Positions 14,301 through 24,400 of a stretch of 64,000 nt of DNA are shown piece by piece. Under the pieces are notes generated by a model. The model saw only the letters and a program-made list of their open reading frames with translations. It was not told the origin of the DNA and searched no databases. Made by a program: the position numbers and the translations under genes. Every line of letters starts with the position of its first letter. Position 1 is the stretch's first letter. The DNA is taken from positions 17,122-81,121 of the forward strand of contig NIVC01000631.1 of the NCBI GenBank assembly GCA_002269645.1, read 5' to 3'. This stretch comes from Macrostomum lignano (lineage: Eukaryota).

Positions 14301-14758
14301 CAGGTGCACCTCCCGGTCTGACACTGTCTGCAGGGTGAGTACCAGGCTCTGAGCATAGTTCGCCTTCCGTAGCAGTGAATCTCTGTGAAGTTTTTCTAAA
14401 ATTTAGCGTCGAAAAGCAATACCTTTTAAAAAATTGCTCTTCCAAATTTCTACATCATCTGTTGGTCCATAGATTGGGGCATTAAATCACTGAGAGCATT
14501 CTAATAGACAGAAAAACAAATGATTATAATTTAACAAACCTCGAGCTTGCAGTGCCTGTTGCAGCTTGGACACTACTCCACGCACATGAGCAACTTCTTC
14601 AGCCTTTGTTTTGAACTGGGATGTTGTTTTGTGAAACTTGACTAGTGCATCAAAGTGTGTTGTGACTTTACCCCTAATATAGAATAGTTGGAAAAAGTAT
14701 TTTATTGTTAAGTATTTATTCTAAATAAAAAGTACAAGGAAAAAACTCACAGGTCCAT
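5400..14758 (-). CDS. AGTPBP1: Cytosolic carboxypeptidase, CCP1/Nna1 (AGTPBP1/AGBL1) family tubulin deglutamylase, M14 zinc peptidase with N-terminal ARM-like region
   Basis: Exons with GT-AG sites and matching phases: 14758-14751, 14673-14540, 14323-14139, 13639-12282, 11167-10349, 10089-9933, 7716-7393, 6690-6395, 5694-5400, plus a possible 5'UTR exon with a donor at 15621. Motifs: [57 protein letters not shown]. Zinc ligands and catalytic Glu are intact. CCP1 vs CCP4 orthology cannot be resolved by eye; the first three exons are less certain. Confidence 0.92.
5790..6140. repeat. 21-bp minisatellite (AATATGGCTAATAGCGTCACC)n in the last CCP intron
   Basis: Tandem copies visible, degenerate at both ends. 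Confidence 0.95.
6768..7360. repeat. 21/18-bp minisatellite (CACACAACAGGAGAACCCGCT)n, intronic
   Basis: Tandem copies fill most of intron 6691-7392. Confidence 0.95.
7732..9893. repeat. 16-bp minisatellite (CCCGATCAACTAATCA)n, intronic, with recurring variant blocks
   Basis: About 2.15 kb of tandem copies filling intron 7717-9932. Confidence 0.97.
10210..10312. repeat. 36-bp tandem triplication (TATCCCTATGGTCTTTGTACACCAATAGACATCCGC)
   Basis: About three copies visible. Confidence 0.9.
11320..12228. repeat. Composite 21-bp minisatellite: (ATTCATTAAGCGGAGATGCCR)n then (ATTCAACAAACAGAGATACCG)n
   Basis: Two abutting related arrays, switching at ~11735, in intron 11168-12281. Confidence 0.95.
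13900..14050 (-). mobile_element. tRNA-derived SINE, CORE-like
   Basis: Minus strand: A-box-like GTGTGGTTAGAGCG, B-box-like TGTTCGATTCC, then TGTGTCCTTGAGCAAG resembling the CORE-SINE domain (GTGACCTTGGGCAAG). No acceptor stem, so not a tRNA gene. Confidence 0.7.
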
Positions 14759-16586
14759 GGTGAATAGCTTGCTGTTTTTTTAAATCTTTTGCCTATATTT
14801 CAAGCTGCAACTAAAGGTTTTCATGAATTCTTTTATTTAATGAATTAAACATAGCATTAGAAAAACTTTCAAGGTAAAACTCAAATCAAACTTTTGATTC
14901 TAAAAAACAATAGTGCTATATTCAGATTGTATGTCTAAAAATTGTAATTTGTTGCAATATTCAACTTTGCCAGCACACTTCTATATATTTAAATCATATA
15001 CTAACTTTGGATATCATGGGATATTATTAATTTAGACTCATTTCTCTTATAATACACTATCTACATTTTATATATAGCAGTATGCATACCGAAATATTAC
15101 TTTGAATTCCATAAATAAAAAGGCATAAAATTGTAATTTAAAATGAGAATATTACTTTTATTTACTTTAATCTCCAGTTTACTCTTGCAATTCGACTTAC
15201 AAGAAGCAACAGATTATGACCTGTAGGGAAATAACCTATGGCCCTATTTTTTGTTTTATGTCCTAGCACATAAAGTACTAGAAAGAATTTTTTCGAAAAC
15301 TAAGCCAAAATAAAACGTCAAAAATTCATAAAACCAGCTATCTCTCTCTCAGGGTGAAAAATTCTAAAAGATGCTATTAAATATCATAAAATTTTGATAG
15401 TCTATCGGTTAAATTTAAACTAAAACTAACAAGATGATAAATAAAAATTGAAACCACCACGATAACTAACTCATTAACAGACTTGAGGGTTAACTCCTAA
15501 CTAACTGTACGCCAACTTCGAAGAAATAGCGTGCAACCAATCCATCTTGAATCCGACACCAACAACTCAGGCACGCTCATTCAAAAACCATTAAAACAAA
15601 TGTGATAATGCGGTACATTACCTGAAATTTGCATTAAGGACTGACAATGTAGAAATACAAAAGCATTTTTGTAGCACTAAAATCAGGCTCTGTATTCCCA
15701 ACATATTTTGTGCTCCTTCTATTTCTGTATTTGGAGTTAGTCCACGAATTCGAAAGACATAATCATAGTCATATACATGTATGTCTTTCGAATGTCATGT
15801 GATATGCATGTAGGATTTTGGAAAGGGTGGGTATAACTCCGATTCGGATTTGATAGTAAATAGATTGCTGTTCAAATTTTGCACTATGGCAGCTATTTTG
15901 CTCCGCGGACCCGAACACGCGGTGCGCGCTCTATATGGGGTTGCTCGATCATTTGCGACAAACATTACTTCAATTGTCCACTATTGTAACGAATGAAGTA
16001 ATCTGAGTAAAGTGGCTTAAACATAATGTACCATGGAAATATCTAATATTATACAGTGTTTCTTCGAAACCTATACTCCCTTAAAAATTGATTCATCATG
16101 ATGCACTTGAAAGGCCAAAAACTACATGTACAGGTATACATGTATGTTTCTGTAAATACGATTATGTTGAAAGTAAATATATTAGTAAGTATAGCTTGCA
16201 TGTACATTCACGTTTGGGATATGTGAATTGTGAATCTATACGTGCGAAGGCACATCCATGGCTATCATGATGTTATATCATGTGTTTCAAAAGTTCATGC
16301 TTTCTTATAGAAAAAAATCTAATTCAGTTTTACATGTAAAAAGTTAATAACACCTATACATGTATTGGATAGGACTTATAATTCTTTCTTCCGGTCTATA
16401 TAAATGTATTTAATTATTTGCTTAAACACTTTCAATCCGCTTCACCAAGACAGCTATAGCGATAGGATTTCGCGAATAAACAAGTCGAGAAAACTCGAGT
16501 AAAATTTAGGTGCAAAGATTTTCTAGGTTCCAATTATAAAAGTGCAGCAACTGTCCAATAAGAATTACTACTACCCAGCGGACCAA

Positions 16587-16943
16587 TCAATCAGAGGTTC
16601 TCAAGAAGAAGCAGACGGCACAGCAGCAGCCGTCAGCATTGAGGCCGCAGGCTTCGTAGCACTGCATGGCAGTGGATCGGCAACGAAACACGCAGACACG
16701 GTACAGACCTCGCTTGGCCCGCGACATCTGGTGATGATGCAGATGCGCCTCCGTAGCGTTGGCAACAATTCGCCGCATCAGGCGCGGGTTGGCCAGCACC
16801 TTGGCCGTCTCCTCGTCCTCGATCTCCAGCGGCAGCACCGTCCGGGTGGCGGTGGGACCGTCGGAAAGCTGCTGCTGCTGGCTAACGCCGATCAGGCAGG
16901 CGGCAGCAGCGCCCAGAAGGAAGAGCAGGCAGAGAGACTTCAT
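16587..16943 (-). CDS. Secreted cysteine-rich prepropeptide, 118 aa (signal peptide, pro-region, RAKR furin site, 40-aa 8-Cys mature peptide)
   Basis: Intact ATG-to-stop ORF forming a GC-rich island in AT-rich flanks; hydrophobic N-terminus MKSLCLLFLLGAAAACLIG; RAKR followed by GLYRVCVFRCRSTAMQCYEACGLNADGCCCAVCFFLRTSD. Confidence 0.8.
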   Translation of the reverse strand: MKSLCLLFLLGAAAACLIGVSQQQQLSDGPTATRTVLPLEIEDEETAKVLANPRLMRRIVANATEAHLHHHQMSRAKRGLYRVCVFRCRSTAMQCYEACGLNADGCCCAVCFFLRTSD

Positions 16944-18102
16944 GTCAGGTTTGAGAGCTCAAATTAAGCTTTTCAAGTATAGTTCAATAGAGAAAGAATT
17001 AAATATTCGGATGAAGATTCTTGGAAGAGCTGCAACATGCTTCAAATATATAGACAAATTGAGCATGCGGATGTCAACACTTATAGCTGCTTGGATCGTG
17101 AAATAATAACAGGCCAAATATGGAAATCGGAAACAAAGTTAATTTACACCATGTACACGCGTGCCAGATGTTGTCAGCTTGTTCAAGAATTGAATAAACA
17201 AACTTTGTTGTTGATCCGCCATAAAGCCTTCATGGGCGACCAAAATTAACAGTCAAGACTGTCAATAATATAGTATCAAACTAGCGCGACTCATACAGTT
17301 GTTAAAGGAGATTCTACTTGGAATTATATGTATGAATACTTTACACACTCGCATGCATCTATTACGGGCTTAAATTTCTTATTGCGTTGAATATGAATCA
17401 ATTCTACACGCGAAACACGGATATTCAAATATTAGAAAATTACAATAAATGGCTAATTGCAACTCAAGAATTCCAAAATCGTCTTCCTAATAATAGGTAC
17501 AAAAGCTATTATAATAAATGCATCAAAAATATTTTACTCCAGAATGTGATGACTCTAAAAGAGAGTCGAACATCCAATATTCTCTTGATGAACAATTCAT
17601 ACATCTGAAGGCTTAACAATCTCTTTTTGAAAATACTGTTTTCTACTAGCTTTTTCGGAGGGTACAAACAAAAAACCTTTTTGTCTTAATTCGTTATTGC
17701 TCGTAAATTACTCTTATTCGTATAGTAAAATTCATGGTAGTCGTTACGTTTTGCTACGTTTTTTCCGCAACGTCCGCGAGGGTCTGCGGAGTCGCCGTGG
17801 GTGGCCATTCGTTCTATGACGGCAGTGCCTGCAGTCCTAGAGGCCCTTCATTTACCACAATGCCACTAATTTAAAGCACCCTCGCTTTGCTGGGTTGCTA
17901 AGCAAGGCGCCACATTCACGCCCACATCTCGATGATTTCCTTGACCTTACGAGTATTTTCTCAACCGTTGAAGGCGCTCAGCAACTCAGTAAATAAGCTA
18001 GTCGAGAAATACATGTTTATAAGTACGTACGAGTACATGCAAATAGATAGTTGCGTGTAAATATATGTACAGGTAGTAAGCACATGTGACTGCCAGCAAG
18101 TT

Positions 18103-18103
18103 C

Positions 18104-18160
<57 letters not shown>

Positions 18161-18169
18161 GATTGATAT

Positions 18170-18232
<63 letters not shown>

Positions 18233-18233
18233 T

Positions 18234-18288
<55 letters not shown>

Positions 18289-18309
18289 TAGATAGATAGA
18301 TAGATAGAT

Positions 18310-18371
<62 letters not shown>

Positions 18372-18407
18372 TGATAGATTGATAAATAGATAGATAGATA
18401 GATAGAC

Positions 18408-18465
<58 letters not shown>
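18103..18465. repeat. (GATA)n microsatellite, left flank of the 272-bp array
   Basis: Visible directly. Confidence 0.99.
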
Positions 18466-21400
18466 TAGATAGCGAGAAAGAGCGAGCGAAGCGAGCTCTT
18501 TCGAGCTTGCTTGCCGCAGCCAATCAAGCTGAAAGCACGCACACAAGATCACCGGAAACGATTAAGGCAGCTGGAAAGCCAATGGGCGCGGTAAGCGCTT
18601 TTATCCAGAGGAACTACCTGCTGGAACCAGCCTGCCGTTCGAAAATCAGACTACTCAAGTAGTGCAAAAGAGTGCGAGCAACTACCGAGAAATCTAATTT
18701 TCGTAACCGCTCCGGTGCAGGTCCTGGCAATAGATGGTAGATAGCGAGAAAGAGCGAGCGAAGCGAGCTCTTTCGAGCTTGCTTGCCGCAGCCAATCAAG
18801 CTGAAAGCACGCACACAAGATCACCGGAAACGATTAAGGCAGCTGGAAAGCCAATGGGCGCGGTAAGCGCTTTTATCCAGAGGAACTACCTGCTGGAACC
18901 AGCCTGCCGTTCGAAAATCAGACTACTCAAGTAGTGCAAAAGAGTGCGAGCAACTACCGAGAAATCTAATTTTCGTAACCGCTCCGGTGCAGGTCCTGGC
19001 AATAGATGGTAGATAGCGAGAAAGAGCGAGCGAAGCGAGCTCTTTCGAGCTTGCTTGCCGCAGCCAATCAAGCTGAAAGCACGCACACAAGATCACCGGA
19101 AACGATTAAGGCAGCTGGAAAGCCAATGGGCGCGGTAAGCGCTTTTATCCAGAGGAACTACCTGCTGGAACCAGCCTGCCGTTCGAAAATCAGACTACTC
19201 AAGTAGTGCAAAAGAGTGCGAGCAACTACCGAGAAATCTAATTTTCGTAACCGCTCCGGTGCAGGTCCTGGCAATAGATGGTAGATAGCGAGAAAGAGCG
19301 AGCGAAGCGAGCTCTTTCGAGCTTGCTTGCCGCAGCCAATCAAGCTGAAAGCACGCACACAAGATCACCGGAAACGATTAAGGCAGCTGGAAAGCCAATG
19401 GGCGCGGTAAGCGCTTTTATCCAGAGGAACTACCTGCTGGAACCAGCCTGCCGTTCGAAAATCAGACTACTCAAGTAGTGCAAAAGAGTGCGAGCAACTA
19501 CCGAGAAATCTAATTTTCGTAACCGCTCCGGTGCAGGTCCTGGCAATAGATGGTAGATAGCGAGAAAGAGCGAGCGAAGCGAGCTCTTTCGAGCTTGCTT
19601 GCCGCAGCCAATCAAGCTGAAAGCACGCACACAAGATCACCGGAAACGATTAAGGCAGCTGGAAAGCCAATGGGCGCGGTAAGCGCTTTTATCCAGAGGA
19701 ACTACCTGCTGGAACCAGCCTGCCGTTCGAAAATCAGACTACTCAAGTAGTGCAAAAGAGTGCGAGCAACTACCGAGAAATCTAATTTTCGTAACCGCTC
19801 CGGTGCAGGTCCTGGCAATAGATGGTAGATAGCGAGAAAGAGCGAGCGAAGCGAGCTCTTTCGAGCTTGCTTGCCGCAGCCAATCAAGCTGAAAGCACGC
19901 ACACAAGATCACCGGAAACGATTAAGGCAGCTGGAAAGCCAATGGGCGCGGTAAGCGCTTTTATCCAGAGGAACTACCTGCTGGAACCAGCCTGCCGTTC
20001 GAAAATCAGACTACTCAAGTAGTGCAAAAGAGTGCGAGCAACTACCGAGAAGTCTAATTTTCGTAACCGCTCCGGTGCAGGTCCTGGCAATAGATGGTAG
20101 ATAGCGAGAAATAGCGAGCGAAGCGAGCTCTTTCGAGCTTGCTTGCCGCAGCCAATCAAGCTGAAAGCACGCACACAAGATCACCGGAAACGATTAAGGC
20201 AGCTGGAAAGCCAATGGGCGCGGTAAGCGCTTTTATCCAGAGGAACTACCTGCTGGAACCAGCCTGCCGTTCGAAAATCAGACTACTCAAGTAGTGCAAA
20301 AGAGTGCGAGCAACTACCGAGAAATCTAATTTTCGTAACCGCTCCGGTGCAGGTCCTGGCAATAGATGGTAGATAGCGAGAAAGAGCGAGCGAAGCGAGC
20401 TCTTTCGAGCTTGCTTGCCGCAGCCAATCAAGCTGAAAGCACGCACACAAGATCACCGGAAACGATTAAGGCAGCTGGAAAGCCAATGGGCGCGGTAAGC
20501 GCTTTTATCCAGAGGAACTACCTGCTGGAACCAGCCTGCCGTTCGAAAATCAGACTACTCAAGTAGTGCAAAAGAGTGCGAGCAACTACCGAGAAATCTA
20601 ATTTTCGTAACCGCTCCGGTGCAGGTCCTGGCAATAGATGGTAGATAGCGAGAAAGAGCGAGCGAAGCGAGCTCTTTCGAGCTTGCTTGCCGCAGCCAAT
20701 CAAGCTGAAAGCACGCACACAAGATCACCGGAAACGATTAAGGCAGCTGGAAAGCCAATGGGCGCGGTAAGCGCTTTTATCCAGAGGAACTACCTGCTGG
20801 AACCAGCCTGCCGTTCGAAAATCAGACTACTCAAGTAGTGCAAAAGAGTGCGAGCAACTACCGAGAAATCTAATTTTCGTAACCGCTCCGGTGCAGGTCC
20901 TGGCAATAGATGGTAGATAGCGAGAAAGAGCGAGCGAAGCGAGCTCTTTCGAGCTTGCTTGCCGCAGCCAATCAAGCTGAAAGCACGCACACAAGATCAC
21001 CGGAAACGATTAAGGCAGCTGGAAAGCCAATGGGCGCGGTAAGCGCTTTTATCCAGAGGAACTACCTGCTGGAACCAGCCTGCCGTTCGAAAATCAGACT
21101 ACTCAAGTAGTGCAAAAGAGTGCGAGCAACTACCGAGAAATCTAATTTTCGTAACCGCTCCGGTGCAGGTCCTGGCAATAGATGGTAGATAGCGAGAAAG
21201 AGCGAGCGAAGCGAGCTCTTTCGAGCTTGCTTGCCGCAGCCAATCAAGCTGAAAGCACGCACACAAGATCACCGGAAACGATTAAGGCAGCTGGAAAGCC
21301 AATGGGCGCGGTAAGCGCTTTTATCCAGAGGAACTACCTGCTGGAACCAGCCTGCCGTTCGAAAATCAGACTACTCAAGTAGTGCAAAAGAGTGCGAGCA

Positions 21401-24400
21401 ACTACCGAGAAATCTAATTTTCGTAACCGCTCCGGTGCAGGTCCTGGCAATAGATGGTAGATAGCGAGAAAGAGCGAGCGAAGCGAGCTCTTTCGAGCTT
21501 GCTTGCCGCAGCCAATCAAGCTGAAAGCACGCACACAAGATCACCGGAAACGATTAAGGCAGCTGGAAAGCCAATGGGCGCGGTAAGCGCTTTTATCCAG
21601 AGGAACTACCTGCTGGAACCAGCCTGCCGTTCGAAAATCAGACTACTCAAGTAGTGCAAAAGAGTGCGAGCAACTACCGAGAAATCTAATTTTCGTAACC
21701 GCTCCGGTGCAGGTCCTGGCAATAGATGGTAGATAGCGAGAAAGAGCGAGCGAAGCGAGCTCTTTCGAGCTTGCTTGCCGCAGCCAATCAAGCTGAAAGC
21801 ACGCACACAAGATCACCGGAAACGATTAAGGCAGCTGGAAAGCCAATGGGCGCGGTAAGCGCTTTTATCCAGAGGAACTACCTGCTGGAACCAGCCTGCC
21901 GTTCGAAAATCAGACTACTCAAGTAGTGCAAAAGAGTGCGAGCAACTACCGAGAAATCTAATTTTCGTAACCGCTCCGGTGCAGGTCCTGGCAATAGATG
22001 GTAGATAGCGAGAAAGAGCGAGCGAAGCGAGCTCTTTCGAGCTTGCTTGCCGCAGCCAATCAAGCTGAAAGCACGCACACAAGATCACCGGAAACGATTA
22101 AGGCAGCTGGAAAGCCAATGGGCGCGGTAAGCGCTTTTATCCAGAGGAACTACCTGCTGGAACCAGCCTGCCGTTCGAAAATCAGACTACTCAAGTAGTG
22201 CAAAAGAGTGCGAGCAACTACCGAGAAATCTAATTTTCGTAACCGCTCCGGTGCAGGTCCTGGCAATAGATGGTAGATAGCGAGAAAGAGCGAGCGAAGC
22301 GAGCTCTTTCGAGCTTGCTTGCCGCAGCCAATCAAGCTGAAAGCACGCACACAAGATCACCGGAAACGATTAAGGCAGCTGGAAAGCCAATGGGCGCGGT
22401 AAGCGCTTTTATCCAGAGGAACTACCTGCTGGAACCAGCCTGCCGTTCGAAAATCAGACTACTCAAGTAGTGCAAAAGAGTGCGAGCAACTACCGAGAAA
22501 TCTAATTTTCGTAACCGCTCCGGTGCAGGTCCTGGCAATAGATGGTAGATAGCGAGAAAGAGCGAGCGAAGCGAGCTCTTTCGAGCTTGCTTGCCGCAGC
22601 CAATCAAGCTGAAAGCACGCACACAAGATCACCGGAAACGATTAAGGCAGCTGGAAAGCCAATGGGCGCGGTAAGCGCTTTTATCCAGAGGAACTACCTG
22701 CTGGAACCAGCCTGCCGTTCGAAAATCAGACTACTCAAGTAGTGCAAAAGAGTGCGAGCAACTACCGAGAAATCTAATTTTCGTAACCGCTCCGGTGCAG
22801 GTCCTGGCAATAGATGGTAGATAGCGAGAAATAGCGAGCGAAGCGAGCTCTTTCGAGCTTGCTTGCCGCAGCCAATCAAGCTGAAAGCACGCACACAAGA
22901 TCACCGGAAACGATTAAGGCAGCTGGAAAGCCAATGGGCGCGGTAAGCGCTTTTATCCAGAGGAACTACCTGCTGGAACCAGCCTGCCGTTCGAAAATCA
23001 GACTACTCAAGTAGTGCAAAAGAGTGCGAGCAACTACCGAGAAATCTAATTTTCGTAACCGCTCCGGTGCAGGTCCTGGCAATAGATGGTAGATAGCGAG
23101 AAAGAGCGAGCGAAGCGAGCTCTTTCGAGCTTGCTTGCCGCAGCCAATCAAGCTGAAAGCACGCACACAAGATCACCGGAAACGATTAAGGCAGCTGGAA
23201 AGCCAATGGGCGCGGTAAGCGCTTTTATCCAGAGGAACTACCTGCTGGAACCAGCCTGCCGTTCGAAAATCAGACTACTCAAGTAGTGCAAAAGAGTGCG
23301 AGCAACTACCGAGAAATCTAATTTTCGTAACCGCTCCGGTGCAGGTCCTGGCAATAGATGGTAGATAGCGAGAAAGAGCGAGCGAAGCGAGCTCTTTCGA
23401 GCTTGCTTGCCGCAGCCAATCAAGCTGAAAGCACGCACACAAGATCACCGGAAACGATTAAGGCAGCTGGAAAGCCAATGGGCGCGGTAAGCGCTTTTAT
23501 CCAGAGGAACTACCTGCTGGAACCAGCCTGCCGTTCGAAAATCAGACTACTCAAGTAGTGCAAAAGAGTGCGAGCAACTACCGAGAAATCTAATTTTCGT
23601 AACCGCTCCGGTGCAGGTCCTGGCAATAGATGGTAGATAGCGAGAAAGAGCGAGCGAAGCGAGCTCTTTCGAGCTTGCTTGCCGCAGCCAATCAAGCTGA
23701 AAGCACGCACACAAGATCACCGGAAACGATTAAGGCAGCTGGAAAGCCAATGGGCGCGGTAAGCGCTTTTATCCAGAGGAACTACCTGCTGGAACCAGCC
23801 TGCCGTTCGAAAATCAGACTACTCAAGTAGTGCAAAAGAGTGCGAGCAACTACCGAGAAATCTAATTTTCGTAACCGCTCCGGTGCAGGTCCTGGCAATA
23901 GATGGTAGATAGCGAGAAAGAGCGAGCGAAGCGAGCTCTTTCGAGCTTGCTTGCCGCAGCCAATCAAGCTGAAAGCACGCACACAAGATCACCGGAAACG
24001 ATTAAGGCAGCTGGAAAGCCAATGGGCGCGGTAAGCGCTTTTATCCAGAGGAACTACCTGCTGGAACCAGCCTGCCGTTCGAAAATCAGACTACTCAAGT
24101 AGTGCAAAAGAGTGCGAGCAACTACCGAGAAATCTAATTTTCGTAACCGCTCCGGTGCAGGTCCTGGCAATAGATGGTAGATAGCGAGAAAGAGCGAGCG
24201 AAGCGAGCTCTTTCGAGCTTGCTTGCCGCAGCCAATCAAGCTGAAAGCACGCACACAAGATCACCGGAAACGATTAAGGCAGCTGGAAAGCCAATGGGCG
24301 CGGTAAGCGCTTTTATCCAGAGGAACTACCTGCTGGAACCAGCCTGCCGTTCGAAAATCAGACTACTCAAGTAGTGCAAAAGAGTGCGAGCAACTACCGA

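Noticed and set aside
15748-15793. Perfect 14-bp inverted repeat ATTCGAAAGACATA / TATGTCTTTCGAAT
   Set aside because: Isolated hairpin in AT-rich DNA with no context; bacterial terminator logic does not apply here.
17760-17990. Possible Penelope-like GIY-YIG end (NTRKVKEIIEM on the minus strand)
   Set aside because: A single weak motif with no ribozyme core or second copy; not enough to annotate.
18490-18570. U7-like AGCTCTTT and U6-like GCTTGCTT...GCAGC / GGAAACGAT in the unit
   Set aside because: No AAUUUGUCUAG Sm site and no ACAGAGA box; short chance matches.
18560-18615. Twister-like look of TTAAGGCAGC-TGGAAAGCCA-...GGTAAGC...CAGAGG
   Set aside because: P2 and the T1 pseudoknot cannot pair as required, and no P1 forms.
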